Origin: Octopus vulgaris
Lineage: Eukaryota
Direction: 5' to 3'
Assembly: GCA_951406725.2 (NCBI GenBank)
Contig: OX597825.1
Coordinates: forward strand, 88,846,001-88,910,000
Length of the DNA stretch: 64,000 nt
The stretch's first letter is position 1. The number at the start of each line of letters is the position of its first letter. Below, piece by piece: positions 38,781 to 53,089 of the stretch. Below the pieces are notes generated by a model, which had not been told where the DNA came from, did no database searches, and saw only the letters and a list, made by a program, of their open reading frames with translations. A program made the position numbers and the translations under genes.

Positions 38781-39269
38781 AACCATAACGTTTCGCAAAC
38801 GCTTGCATGTATATTCACACACCAAAACGATAGCAACTAAAATAATACACAACAATCAGAGGATAATCTCACTAGAAGCCATGGTTTAATATATACAGAG
38901 AAACACAAATTAATTAATAATAACAAGCATAACAACACTTAACGAATATTACTAGAACACATAACAACATCACGTCATATTGGTTAACGAGTATATATTT
39001 GTAAAATATATGAACTTTACAGGAACGTAAACGTAATGAATAGGAACAAAGACATTCTAAATATTGTTAACGTTGTATTTTCTCAATTTTTGTAATGTAT
39101 TAGTCGACAATATAAAGGAGGAGTGTTCAAATTCTGTTAGTATCGACTTGGTGAGTTGGTTCAATAACAGTGACGATCCTTAATCGATGCGATCCAATAT
39201 TTCCTCTTCTACATCTCCAATCCACTCTACTCTCTTTTAAGAGGTCAATTACTAAGAATGGACACAATA

Positions 39270-39485
39270 ATCCGTTCTGCTATAGGCACAAGGCCTGAAA
39301 TTTCAGGAGAGTGGACTAATCGATTACATGGACACCAGGGCTCGACTGTTACTTATTTTTATCGACTCTGAAAGGATGAAAGGCAAAGTCGACCTCATCG
39401 GAATAAGAATGGACATAATTATGATTCAATGATGATATTTACGACAAAGCATTTTATCTGGCGTGCGAACGTTTCTGCCAGCTCA
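39270..39485 (-). mobile_element. SINE family A, diverged
   Basis: ATCGACTCTGAAAGGATGAAAGGCAAAGTCGACCTC core; TTCTGCCAGCTC head. Confidence 0.8.
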
Positions 39486-39674
39486 ATGCTTTTTTTTCAT
39501 AATTCTTTCTGCTATAAACGCCTGAAACTGATTTTACTGCGATTTTTTTCTTTCTTCTGTATTTTTTGGTTTTATATATTTGGGGTGAGAGGGAGGGAGT
39601 CTATTACACCGACCCGCAGTTCAACTGATATTTATTTTAATCGTTCCCGAGACAAAAAAGGATGAAATGGAAAT

Positions 39675-40422
39675 GTCAGCCGCATGTCTGCACATCATCA
39701 ACCACGGCATGCCCAGGCCACCACTTAGCGAGTGTTGACAACAGACCACCCGACCATCGGGACGTGTCCCTTCCGCAAGAAGCGGAAGAGTGTACACTCC
39801 AGCGTAATCAGACGGTGGCCAGGACAAAGCACGAAAGCCAAGCGATAATAGTTGACGGACGCGATATACGCCACCTCTGCCCGACCTTTCAGGGATAGCT
39901 TTCTCTCGTCCCAATTCTGGGTGAGAGTAGTCACCCTGCTCGTTACTTTGTCCCAGTTTTTGCCCATCTGGAGGTCTGGACCAAACCAAACTCCGAGCAA
40001 TTTAACCAGTCCGTCCATCCAGCGCCCAACGATGCAGTTGACGGCATGGACTTGCTTCTCCAGTTGCCAAGCCGCAAGCCTACTGGATTTTCCTGGTTAA
40101 CCATCGCTCCTGAAACCGCCTCGTAGTCCCCGAGAGCGGTACTGATCATTTCTATGTTTATGATCCGACGCCACTACGGTGACATCGTCGGTATATGTTG
40201 ACACGCATCTCTCACATCCTGGGTCAGGCGAGATGCCTGTCAACGCATCCAGTTTGTGTAACAGTGGCTCGAGAGTCAGTACATACAAGAGGGACGAGAG
40301 GGGGCAACCTTGCAGGACCGAACGCATGATTTTGAATGGCTTTGAGACCACTCTGACCACTGAACAGATGTCGCTGTGCATTGCAGCGATCCAGCCCCTG
40401 AATAAAGGCCCGAAACCAGCTG
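39675..40422 (-). mobile_element. L1/Tx1-clade LINE reverse transcriptase fragment
   Basis: GFGPLFRGWIAAM...RSVLQGCPLSSLLYVLTLEPLL...TYTDDVTV...YEAVSGAMVN...VKLLGVWFG...LSLKGRAEVA (ORFs 40097-40495, 39725-40018). Confidence 0.9.
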
Positions 40423-40459
40423 TAACAATACTTTCTACTATAGGCACAAGACTATAGTT

Positions 40460-40615
40460 GATGGTATTTCGCCCATCGCTACGTACTGAGTTCAAATTTC
40501 ACTGAGGTCGACTTTGCTTTCATCCTTTTGGGGTCAATAAAATAAGTACCAGGTGAACACTGGGGTTGATGTAATAGACTCATCCTCACCTTCCACAAGC
40601 TGGTAAAAATTTGAA
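40460..40615 (+). mobile_element. SINE family A, 5'-truncated
   Basis: GAGTTCAAATTTCACTGAGGTCGACTTTGC...AAAATAAGTACCAG. Confidence 0.8.
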
Positions 40616-40899
40616 ATAATTATCATCCACAGCTTTGTTAATAAGGCGGAAAATATTTTATTGTATGAATATTAATCTTTAAGTTCAGAATCAATATTAG
40701 ATTCATCACTTTGGGATTCAGTCGAGTGTATGGATACGATTTTCCTCTCCGCCTCAAATCAGACTTTCACCTGATTGCGAAGTGCTCATGACTTGCAGGT
40801 GCCTAAACTATCATATTTATTAGATTTTAGCGTGGCGTATTAACATGTATCAATTAATGTGGACATAATGTGAGACGAGTCGATCGAATGCAATGTTCA

Positions 40900-41680
40900 T
40901 AAGGATTCTGTGAACGGTCTACGAACAGCGCACATAAACGTGAGCCGGAAATGGGCTTTTAGTTCATTGGTTGGGTCCGATGAAAGGGGTTGTGTTGCAT
41001 GCCACTTACAGGCTTTTTGGGACCAAATGGAATTAAAGAGATTCCAAGCGAAAGTGTTTAGCTACAAGAAGGAAAACAAAAAGAAATAAAAGAAGAAAAA
41101 TTCCAGACGGTCGATATTTTGGGGAGAGAGTGAATAGGCGTCGTGTTCAGTCAGGAGCAGTTTGGTTGCTCAAATATGATAACCCCTTAGTGAAAAGGTA
41201 GCATCCGCTTTTTAACTGTGATCCAAATGCCGATTTAAGTTGTCGAAACAAAATCATTGTCGTTATAACGTCGTGCGAGACCAACAGCTGCACTTCAATG
41301 TTGTTGAAGATGATGTTGATAATCTTTTCTGATTGAGAAAGTTTTATCATTCATAATTCATTTGTTATGAGTGATCAGACGGTAAATATTACTTGGATCT
41401 CCTGGAGCATTTGACAGAGGCGGAATGATGTAAGAAACGAGTCTAGACTGACACGAACCTGCAGTAATATTTTGCGTCTTAGCAGTTATCAACATATTAT
41501 ACGCCAGAAAGACAAACACATCCACTTCCCCGAGCTCTACTTGTTGCTGGTGACCTTGACTCTAAAGTCAGACTTTAACTGGCCTGAAAAATTCAGAACT
41601 CAGTGGCGTTATATATGTATCTATGGCCTCATGAGAGCGAAGTTGCGAAACAACTTGATATAGATGTATGAGTACAATAT
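40900..41680 (+). mobile_element. Highly decayed mariner transposase remnant
   Basis: KMMLIIFSD*ESFIIHNSFVMSDQTVN..YYLDLLEHLTEA (~41305-41425) resembles the mariner KVMLIVFFD..GIIH..F...QTVN..YY..LL..L..A segment; boundaries uncertain. Confidence 0.55.
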
Positions 41681-41786
41681 GAAAGAGGCCTTCTTCGAGA
41701 TTATATCAAAGGCAACTTTTCTCTTACACTTCCGCTCTTTCAACATACATATACAAGTACATACACACACGCACACACACATACAC

Positions 41787-41820
<34 letters not shown>

Positions 41821-41888
41821 GTGTGTGTGTATATATATGTATATATTTATATATATGTATATATTTATATATATATATAAATATATAT

Positions 41889-41965
<77 letters not shown>

Positions 41966-42039
41966 TACACACATATACATTTCTAACTATCTATCTGTCT
42001 ATCTATCTATCACTCTCTCTCACTCTCTCCACACACACA

Positions 42040-42258
42040 TAAAGGGGTGCTGAAAAGTTCTTGGCTTTTAGGTTATTGCGAAACGCCTGGCTGGAAGCCC
42101 AACCTACCACCTTCTTTTTCAGAGTCTAGAAAAACTGAAGAACCGCTGCGAGAAGTGTGTGAATCTGAGACAGAAATATGTTGAATGAAATCGTAATTAA
42201 CAGATCCTCCTTTATTTTCTTTTAACCAAAGCCAGGAACTTTTCTGCAACACCTCGTA
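42040..42258 (+). mobile_element. Mariner-derived MITE
   Basis: TIRs TAAAGGGGTGCTGAAAAGTTCTTGGCTTT / AAAGCCAGGAACTTTTCTGCAACACCTCGTA; the interior encodes the mariner C-terminus LEKLKNRCEKCVNLRQKYVE*. Confidence 0.88.
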
Positions 42259-42306
42259 CACACACACACACACATACATACATACATACATACATACATA
42301 CATACA

Positions 42307-42342
<36 letters not shown>

Positions 42343-42363
42343 CATACATACATACGTACGTAC

Positions 42364-42404
<41 letters not shown>

Positions 42405-42407
<3 letters not shown>

Positions 42408-42955
42408 TGGCTGCCCCCTTCTTATCGAGTATGGTCATTGTGCGAAGCTTAATCAATGTTGTTATCGTGCAATGCCTGTGCAAGAAGATTTTTTTAAAGT
42501 GAGGAAAGGCTGTGCACTGAGTCAATCTCACTCACTAAGCAACAGCAGCCATAATCCGAAAAGAAGAACAAGTCAACATCATCGGTAACCACTGAGCCGC
42601 AGTTTCTTTGTCGGAGTTATCCCAGTTACCTGAGTTACCTTCTCCTAGAAGGATGCTCTAACAAAGGCTAGGAGTCCTTCACTCCCAATGGTTTAACCGC
42701 GTGATCGGGTATTCAGTCCGATTATTTCTATGTCCCCGCGCAAGATAAAGCCTTAAGACATTTATTAGATGGCCGTTGACATCTCAAGAGTTCCTCGGAT
42801 CTTCGACGGATTTTGTTTTTCATCTCGCAGGGTGTCCAATAAACACACTCCTCACCAAGCAAGCTTGGTGGGGTTGCCGGTTTAGTCGCCGACGACCCGG
42901 CCATGCAACAGGTTGTACTGGGTTACATGTTACCAGTAGCACTCGAAAGTGACCT

Positions 42956-42958
<3 letters not shown>
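42405..42958 (-). mobile_element. RTE-type 5' UTR-derived non-autonomous element between (TA)n tracts
   Basis: The CTAGGAGAAGGTAACTC motif and GGCGACTAAACCGGCAACCCC resemble RTE 5' UTRs; no ORF; family assignment is inference. Confidence 0.6.
42877..42954 (-). ncRNA. HDV-like ribozyme candidate (partly degenerate)
   Basis: Minus strand GGTCA(P1)...CCAGT(P2)-ACAACCTGTTG(P3/L3)-CATGGCC(P1')-GG-GTCG TCGG CGA(P4)-CTAA-ACCGG(P2'). Confidence 0.5.
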
Positions 42959-42989
<31 letters not shown>

Positions 42990-42993
42990 TACA

Positions 42994-43027
<34 letters not shown>

Positions 43028-43093
43028 CATATATGCATGCATGCATGCGTACATACGTACATACATACATACATACATACATACATACATACA

Positions 43094-43124
<31 letters not shown>

Positions 43125-43534
43125 GTATCTGTATGCGTTATATAGTATATTGTAATGACTTTAATTTATGCAAAGAAGTGGGGTAATATTATAAGAATTG
43201 TATTTATTTGCAAAGCTGTTGCAAGGGCCGTTCACGAGAGCGCCTGCGTCGTTGAGACCAAGCCAGATGACATAGTTTTGAATAATATATCGAAAGGTTG
43301 GAGGATGTCAGTCGGAACTGATTCTGTGAGTCTTTACCATTAAAAAACAGAGAAACAACAAAAATTCTGCTGGTGCCGTGGGAAACAGTGTTGCAGCAGT
43401 TAAGTTGTCATGAAAGATATTTCAGCTTATTATGGGGAATTGAATATGACAGCGAATACGAAACTACGATTCTCTATCAATACACACACTGTGGGCTGTA
43501 TATATGTACGTGCGTGTGTGCGTGTACAAGTGTC

Positions 43535-43634
<100 letters not shown>

Positions 43635-43669
43635 ATATATATATATATATATATACATATATATATTCT

Positions 43670-44090
43670 TTTCTTTTATTCATCTGTTTGTTTTAGCTAT
43701 TTGACTACGGCCATACTGGAACATCACCTTGAAGGGTTTTAGTGGAACAAATCGACATCAGGACTCAACTTTTTAAGCCTAGTACTTAGTTTATCGGTCT
43801 CTTTTGCAGAACCACTAGTTTACGGGGACGTAAATGCGCTAACAACGGTTGTCAAGCGGTTGTGGGGGAACAACAACAAAGATATATACATATTCGTACA
43901 CACACACACACACACACATATACGACGGGCTTCTTTCAGTTTCCGCCTACCAAATCCACTGACAAAGCTTTGGTTAGCCCGAGGCTATAGTAGAAGACAC
44001 TTGACCAAGGCGCCACGCGGTAGGACTGAACCTAGAGTCACGTGGCTGGGAAGAAAGCTTCCTTCTTATAACACTGCTACACCTGCGCCT
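43670..44090 (-). mobile_element. SINE family C (tRNA head plus 3' module)
   Basis: Minus-strand head GGCGCAGGTGTAGCAGTG..GGTTCAGTCCTAC..GTGGATTTGGTAGGCGGAAACTGAAAGAAGCCCGTCGTA; module at 43670-43880. Confidence 0.85.
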
Positions 44091-44174
44091 ATATCTATCT
44101 TTCTATCTATCTATCTGTCTGTCTGCCTGCATGCCTGCCTGCCTGCCTGCCGGTCTGTCTCTTTCTCTCCCCCC

Positions 44175-44234
<60 letters not shown>

Positions 44235-44434
44235 ATATATATATATTATACGCGCAAGAGTCGCTGTGGTAAGAAGCTTACTTCATTATCCAAAATGGAA
44301 ACGAACACCATTCCTTCGTGTGTCGGGCTTGAAAAATTGTTAAGATATTAGAATATTTTTGTTAACATGAATCCAATGGTAGTCTTAATAAACAAATAAG
44401 GAAATTATACCCCCTAATGCGGTATTGAATACTT

Positions 44435-44797
44435 TTCAGACTATGGCCACGCTGGAGCATCGCCTTGAAGATATTTTTATTTGAACGAATCGACCCCAGT
44501 GCTTATTTGTTTTAAGATTGGTACTTATTCTATCGTTCTCTTTGCCGTAACGGTTAAGTTACGGGACGTAAATACACCAACACTGGTTTCAATCGATGGT
44601 GGGGGTCAAACACAGTCCCCCTACACACATACACATTTATATATACAACGCAGTACTTTCAGTTCCCGTCTACCAAATCCATTTACTTTGGTCCACCCGA
44701 AATTACAATAGAAGATACTTGCCCAATGTGACGCAGAGGGACTGAACCCGAAACCATGTGGTTGGGAAGTATACTGCTTACCACGCAGCCACGCCTG
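44435..44797 (-). mobile_element. SINE family C, diverged
   Basis: GGCGTGGCTGCGTGGTAAG..GGGTTCAGTCCC head on the minus strand plus the 3' module. Confidence 0.82.
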
Positions 44798-44830
<33 letters not shown>

Positions 44831-45055
44831 CATACATACAAACAAACATACATACATACAAACAAAAATACGTACATACATACATATATGCGTGTGCATA
44901 TGTATGCAAAAATGTTTCTACAAGCATAATAATCGTGAGATTTCAATGTAACAGATGCCAGTAGATGTGGAGCGAAAGATGTTTAGCAGAATCAACACAA
45001 GTGACTCCAATGAAGCAAATGCGACACATATTGACTCATATATTATTAGAGGTGA

Positions 45056-45720
45056 TTGAAAACCGCACTTCATTTCGATTCGTCGTGTCACCCTAAATTA
45101 GCCAACATTAGCTCTAAGGTTGTAAATTCTTATACTGTCCTTCAAAGTGATGATTTTCCAAGTTTCAACAGAGTCGGCTCCGCTATAAATACCATTCACA
45201 ACAACTGGAATCGATCAGAACGCCTATCAATAATAATCATTGATCTCGCTGATCAGACAAACACTTCCTACCTCAACAATAGTGACGCTAACATCCGTGT
45301 CTCTACCTCTACCATAAACGATTATATTGACCAGGATAGGTTACCTACTGAGCGAAAGTCTACCAGTAGGAAAAAAGAACTCTGTCCTTTAAAGGAAGAT
45401 CGCTTGTGCTATAAGTAAGTAAAGGGCAGGATCGACTTCAAGCAACGCTACTCTGCTCGCTTGAGCTCTTTCTCAAATTGGTCCTCTGAACGATATATTT
45501 CCCTAGTCATTGTACATACACTACTTCAAGACCCAGCGCATACCTCATAGCTTGTCCTGGTCTATACTTTGTGGCAGAACCTCCTACAGCGTTTATGTTT
45601 GTAAATTATGTCGCCGCGAATCGTTCACAATATTACGCCAAATTGAGACCACTTTACTTTTCTCTTTCAGAAATAAATGCTATTGTGTTCTTCGCTCATT
45701 ATAGCAAATCATTATACTTA
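45056..45720 (+). mobile_element. Decayed Penelope/Neptune GIY-YIG remnant
   Basis: LHFDSSCHP...CPLK...FKQRYSARLSSF...SLYIHYFKTQRIPHSLSWSIL..SYS..CKLCRRESFTIL, colinear with the 27.6-kb remnant. Confidence 0.7.
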
Positions 45721-46520
45721 CTTCTCATCTTCGCTAAAATTCTCTTTTCTTAGCGCACTTTATTCTCCTACTACCCCCATTCCCTTAAATCAAAGCTTAA
45801 TGTTCCCCCACTCCCCTCTATCAATTGACTCTGATATTCGTAACTCTGTTCTTGTCTGAGAACGTCTACATTGACACCTCGCAATATTAACGGACAAAAT
45901 CATTTCTTTGACCGACTATTAACTATATTTTCTTCATCTCTGGTCTTTGTGAAGCTGCATCTTCATCTCGTCCCATCACTTAACAACCCCCTCTCCAACC
46001 GCAACTCTATTCTCTCATTTTTGAACCTTTATATTTGTAAGCATCCCTAGATAACTCGCATTTGTCACTCGACTTTCGAGAGGGAGGCTTAACTTATTTA
46101 GCAATTTCGTCCTGGACTTCTCACTAGTTGCACACCTAAGACATCATGCGCATATTACTTAAGCCATAACCACTTTGACACAAATGAGGAGAAATGATTT
46201 TACATAATTTGAATCTTTATTTTAGAACCTAAATTTTGTGCTCCATCCGAATATATGTGGAAAGCCTAACTGCCTTCACTTACCTTACTACGTCCAAAAC
46301 TGCTGGATAAGTGTTACTCTTATGCCTAACTTTTGATAGTGAGACCCTGGCATTGGGGGGAGAGGTTCACAGCCATTTGAGCGCTAAGCTCGCTTATCTC
46401 TACTGAGTTTATTTTGCTTTCTCCGACTCAATTTACGCAAACTTTTTTATGTATATAGAATGTAGAGATAGTTATACTTCTATTATTATATACACTCAAA
46501 TATCAATATATGCCTCTCTC

Positions 46521-46560
<40 letters not shown>

Positions 46561-46584
46561 GCTGTGCATAGACATACATACATT

Positions 46585-46633
<49 letters not shown>

Positions 46634-46693
46634 TATATAGAGGGCATTATTATATATAAATGCCGCACGCTAGGAGGGATATATATGTATATG

Positions 46694-46747
<54 letters not shown>

Positions 46748-49350
46748 CATATACATATATATATGTAAATTTGTATATGTACACACACACATACATATAT
46801 ATATATATACATAATGTTATAACATAACTCACCCACCATACGCACCCACACATACCCTTACACACTACAACACGAACATGAGTGTGGTGTTGTGGTGGTG
46901 GTGGTGGTGTGTGTGTGTGATCGAAATTTGGCTCGATAAGGAATACAAGCATTACTTATGAATGAGCTACACAATGAAGATGTCGATTAACCGAGCTGAT
47001 GTTTGCAAATTTCCAAAACAACTCTAAAAATGTCTCTTCTTGGTTAAATGTCTCATGGCACTCGGCATTGTGTTCCGATATGTGTGTCCTCTGACAACCA
47101 ACAGAGACGCAACGTTTATTTTACGATTGCCAGACATATTGTTTCAGACGGCCGAGGTCTATTATTAGCTTAGTTTGTTTCGCGTAACCAACGAACATAA
47201 ACTTGGTTACAGGTTGAAACTTGGAGAAGATTATTAATATCTATCGAGATTTCTTTCTTTGACGCTTTCTTTGAATTTTACGTGTTTAATGGTACTTTCT
47301 CTCTCTCCCTCTCTTTCTCTTTCTCCCCTTCTGTCTCTATTAATTTTCTCTCTCTCTGCCTTTTCTTTTTGTGCGTGTGTGTGGTTGCGCGCCTAACGTT
47401 TAGCACTCTACATAGTCCCCCCTCCCTCTAGCACTGTGAACCACAATCCAACTTCTGCTTGATGCTTATCTTATCAATCTAGAATCATGAGATGTAAACT
47501 GAAGTCAAAATCTCAGGAATTCTGTGAGGAATTTGTAGAGACAAGGAGGGTCGAACATCGAATACAGTCCATGACCCTTTTATAGAGAAAATATAAGATT
47601 TCTTCCACAGAAGCAGAAAAGCTTTCTTGGATGAAGGAGGAAGAATACAGCCAACTATATCATAGTCATAGGTCGCTTAATGAAACTCAAGTGATTGAAA
47701 CATTAATTGTTCTCAGTGAGATTCGAACAGAAGACATAAAGATGAAGATAATTCGGCAATTTGCTCAATCCGACATACATTTAATATGCAAGATGAATTT
47801 AATAAACGGAAGCACATTCCAGAGAAAGGATATTTTCCGTCGAACTAACTTGATGTCTAAATTTAGCAAAGCAAGCTGCTATGCATCACCTCATTACGTG
47901 AAATGAGCAAAATTGAGTGAAGTACTCGGACTAAACATTACTCTCTTTTGCCCATATCACACATACAATCACCTCATCCATCTCACTACTCTCTGTGTTT
48001 CATTTGATATTTTGCTGAGCAAGAAATGCGTCGAATTATTCTTTCGATTTTACGTGTTTTAAAATATCAGCATTAAAACATTATGAAAGAAGAAGGACGG
48101 TATCCAACAATATTCCTTGGGTGGATCTTCTTCAAGTATTGATTTCCAAATCCGGGTCCGGCGTTAACTTTATCTTCTTTTCTCCCGAGATTTGTAAAAT
48201 AGTTACAGTTTAATAACTGGCGTTCATATTATTGATTGTAACCAACGTAGGAAACTTTAGGACTTGTGACAGAAACCGTACTTGTTGGTGCTTGTGAAAT
48301 ACAAACGCGCGTGCCCACTCACGTATACATACATGCATGCATACATACATACATACATACACACATACACACATACACACATATATACATACACACATAT
48401 ATACATACACACATATATACATACACACCCACACGCATATATATATATATATATAAAGTCATAAATGTGACAGAAATATTTTGATGAACTTTTATTTCAC
48501 AGCAAGAAAAAACTCTAATATCGGTGAAATTGTTTCGTAACTCAAAAACATGCAAATGATTTGCATTATATATTTAATGATAAATTACATACGTCTGTCT
48601 GCATTAATGCTTCGTCGCAGCACATATTCTGCATTGTTTTGAACGAATTCTTTGTATTTTGCATTCATTTATTATTAAATATGATAATACAAATTATTTA
48701 CATGCTTTTTAGTTACGAAACAATTTGTTGTGATATTAGTATTTTGTTTTCATTGTTAAAGAATAATCTATCAAAATATTTCTGGCATTTAGAAATCTAT
48801 ACACGCCTTATCCTTTTCTCTTGTATATATCTATATAGTCTTATATGGTTTGTGCAATGATACACCAAGGAGTTTTTATATGGGTATTCCCGGATTACTT
48901 GAAGCCATATATTGACTTAAATGTGTGTGTGTATATAAGGTCCTCATCCTCCTGCTCTTCCCCTTTCTTCTACTTCTTACTTTTCTTCTTCTTCTTTTTC
49001 TTCTCCTCCTTCTTTTCCTTAAACTTCTCTTCCTCCTCCTCCTCCTCCTCCATCTTTTCCTTCTCTCACTTCATTTATAATGCCCCCCCATACTCTAATC
49101 ATAATTTTATTTACTTTCTTATCTACTTTTTGTTTTCCTCTCGACGTACGCAAATAACAAACATCGGACGGGCACAGGATGTAAAAGCACACCTTTGCGG
49201 TTGGTCTGAGGAAGAGCCATTCTTATGTCTAAAACCGCAAGAAGAATGTAAATTTTCACTTTGAACTTTTGTGTGAACTGACGATGAAAGTATACATGGA
49301 ACAGAAACATTTCTAGTTGAATATGAAAGATGTACTAAAGTCTATATGTT

Positions 49351-49381
<31 letters not shown>

Positions 49382-49758
49382 CATATATATATATAAATAT
49401 GTACTTACGTATAAGACCAAAGGGGTACGGGCGTCGCTATATATATATATATATATATATATGTAAAAAAATACAAACTGGGACAAGAACGCCAAACGTT
49501 TAGAAGACGATACAAAAAACACGGAAGCCTTTAATCTTCAGTCAAGAACCGGATCATCCTCGCAATTTCGGCTGATTAATCTTGAGATTGCTCCGATCTG
49601 GCCAGGCCCAAAGGAAAATCTAAGCCAAGCACATTAGATTCCTTGGAAGAAAGCCTCGAATGTATACAAAACAAGGACGGAAAAACGGACGAGGTTACAA
49701 GAATAAGAATACAAAAATACTTTGCGAGCTCAATTCTTCAACAAATACAAAACTACGT

Positions 49759-49794
<36 letters not shown>

Positions 49795-50410
49795 GCTGGG
49801 AGACCACAGTTTAATGAAACTAGCTGCTCTCAGCTTCCACCACGTTCCCAAGATCCAAGATGACTCAAGAATCTGGCACAAGTGTGTCTCTGAGAAGGTT
49901 TTCGGACACCTCCTTGATCTTAGCCAACATTTCGTACTTAGCGTTGCAGGTAGAGCGATTGTTAGCTTTTTCAACCACATCCCGCTCATAGTAATCCCTG
50001 ATGTTGCAATCGGAGGAATTCGGAAGTCAGAAAATTAGACTGGAGAGGTTGTAGAAATTCTCCGTCAACCAATTCTGATTCTTTTCGGAGGTATGGCAAG
50101 CAGTCGAATCCTGCTGCCATACATGTATGGCTTCCCAGCTGCATCTTTCTCCAGTCAGGGACTAATCACAGCCTCCTACATCTTCACAGAACCGTTTGAA
50201 TAGAGCCAAGTCCCAGTTCAAAGGTGTGACAACGAATTGCAAGTTGCGGACGCAGTCAGAACGCCTTAGTTGTCCATGTCCCACATTGCATTCGTTACAA
50301 TGTTCAAAGAACATCGAGCAACAGTCGTAAGGTCAGCATTTTGATAGCCGGCGTGAAGCATCATCATACACGTATTTCAGTGTTCAAGTGGCTTCCGTTC
50401 CTCCATATCC
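49795..50410 (-). mobile_element. Decayed maT/DD37D-like transposon fragment
   Basis: VWQQDSTACHTSEKNQNWLTENF...PNSSDCNIRDYY..DVVEKANN. Confidence 0.78.
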
Positions 50411-50519
50411 ACTAACTCTTTCTCAGCTACAATTTTAATTTTGATGCTCTTTAAAGCTATTGACTGTTCCACAATATATATATATATATATATATAAGTA
50501 TATACACATACGTGTGTAT

Positions 50520-50638
<119 letters not shown>

Positions 50639-52091
50639 TGTATTGTATATTATTTTTTACGCATTGTAAAGAAAGAACGCGTGACTGATGAGACACGTGC
50701 TTTCGCTAGACCCTGTGAATGCGTAGAATCGCGGCATCTATTAATAAGACCTATTTTCGTTTTCGTCCTCTTCAATTTATTTACTCTATATATGTCGAGT
50801 GTTTTACTGTGAGAGATCGCCCTAGAAGTTAAAAGTAATACGATATAATGAGTAGTGTTGGAGGGGTAAGATGAAAGTGTGTGAGTGTGTGTGTGTGTGC
50901 TGCTTACAGTGTTTATGATAGTGGAGGGGCTGAGATAGTTTTTACTTATTTCTTTTGCAAGGGAGATGTGCGTAAAATGAATAAAAAAACTGCTTGTTTT
51001 TCCACGTTTAGTAAGCAACATGATGTTTTATTTATTTATTTAAAGTTTATTTTTTTCATCTCCAACTAGATTTCAAGTATAATTCCAGTCTGAATCCGCT
51101 GGAGTAGAGTGGTATGATTGTGGTTGTGGTGTTGATGGTGAGGAGGGTGGAGGGTGGCAATGTTCGCATTCTAAGAGGAGGGGGAGAAGGATGGTGGTGG
51201 TGGTGGTGGTGTCAGTGATTCTGCTGCTGGTGCAAATATTTAGGCCGAACACTCTCTAAGAATGAACAGGAAACTCACACACATGCGTTTAGTGTGTGTG
51301 TGTGCGCGCGCGACCGCGTATGTGTGTGTGTGTACGTACGTGCGGCATGCGCGTGTGTGTGTGTACGTGCGTGCGGCATGCGTGTGTGTGTGTGTGTGTG
51401 TGAATGCGCGTACGTATAAATGTGTACTGCCTAATAGATTTTAATGAGCCACATATACTGGTTAGAGAAATTAGCGTGAGACACACAGACAGAAATTCAG
51501 ACGATACACATTTTTAGTCATTTTTGCTGTTGCTGTTTCTTTTCTGCATTTATTATTCTTTGCTTTTTTTTCCCATGAATTCACGTTTTGTCCTATTGAA
51601 TGTATGAAGAATGTAGCACAGCACTAAAAGCTTCTCTAGATTCTTGCAGACTATTCTTCCTGAACCATTTTAGCAAATCATTATTGTTATTAAATTTGAT
51701 GTTCAACTTTATTTGCTAAACTTCCAGTCATTGAAGAACAAGTCGGCGGCGGAGCAGCTGTAATATTAAGTCTACCAAACGGTTCATGGTTACTAAGTTG
51801 AAGTTCACTCTCTCATGGCACCAAGAATGCCTGCAGCCTTACCTCAGGTTACCTAGCTCTAAAGAATTCAGATAAACAGCAAAATTTCTGGGGGTGTAAA
51901 CTAAAATAGATTAGTACCCTATTTAGGGTCGTGATAACTTGATATATTTATAGCTATTATCTCGTATCTATTTGGGATCTGAATTTTATGAAATTTTATT
52001 ATTGTTTACGTAAAAACAATAACGGATAAAATAAATTCAGAGAGGAGAAGGAGTAGTTGGTGAAATATATTGTAATATTTGGATGTCATTT

Positions 52092-52285
52092 AAGGCAGAA
52101 TCGTTAGCAAGCCGGAGTAAATGCTTAGCAGCTTTTCGTCCGTCCTCACACTCTGAGCTCAAATTCCACCGAGGTCGACTGTGCCTTGCATCCTTTCGGG
52201 ATCGATAATTACCAGCTGTGCTTTGAGGTGGATGTAATCAACTCTCCCCTTTCTCAATATTGCTGGGTCAAAAGTTAAAAACTTC
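52092..52285 (+). mobile_element. SINE family A, diverged
   Basis: GGCAGAATCGTTAGC...CAAATTCCACCGAGGTCGAC..CATCCTTTCGGGATCGAT. Confidence 0.82.
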
Positions 52286-53089
52286 ATTTGGATATGATTT
52301 GCAAATTCAAGCATTTTGTTGCCGCTATCGGACTCTTGTTATACTGCAATAGTTACGAAGGCTATACAGAAGTGAAAAATTTCTTGAAGGCGAGGGGTGA
52401 AGAAAGGTTTGTCTATCAAAGCAAGGAGAATTTCTGTTCATCAGTCCGAGATTTCGTGATGTCATATCACCATCTCAGCGAACTTAGCAGAATTCGATTA
52501 TGATAAATCAACGTTTGTCTCGGCATGATTGCGTGTTGATTTACCTATTTTTAAAGTTAAATATTAGATGTGATGAACGATAACATTGACAGGGAACAGA
52601 CTTTTTAACCTAAGAATTAAAACGGTGCCAAATATCATAAAAGAATTACAGTGGAATCGTATCCAGTGATTTCACTAAGTTAACAGGACGGTAGTTGACA
52701 CCTTAATAACAAATATAAGTCTATTAGAAAATAAAGGAAAAGTGAATATAAGAAAATAAATGTGATGTAGATGTTTATCACGATTCTCCTTCACCATCAT
52801 TGAATTAGGCTCAGCATCTCACTTCTACACAAATTGTTCCGGTCCCACCACACCGAGTTAGATCAAGTCATTTTGTTAAACTAATTATTTACAAGGAATA
52901 TTGTTCAGCTCCAGGCCACCTCTGCTCCAGCAGATCTGCTATCAAAGACTCTCTATCTCTCTCTGTGACCATTCCATCATATCTTTCCAAGCATAGTGTA
53001 CCAAAACTTTGTCATCGAATGTGTACTTTTTTTTAAGATGGCAAAATGTAAAGAGAGGCAATATAATTCCTATTTCTAGCAATGCGAAA

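Noticed and set aside
50680-50720. CTGATGA hammerhead core
   Set aside because: No downstream GAAA or pairing stems
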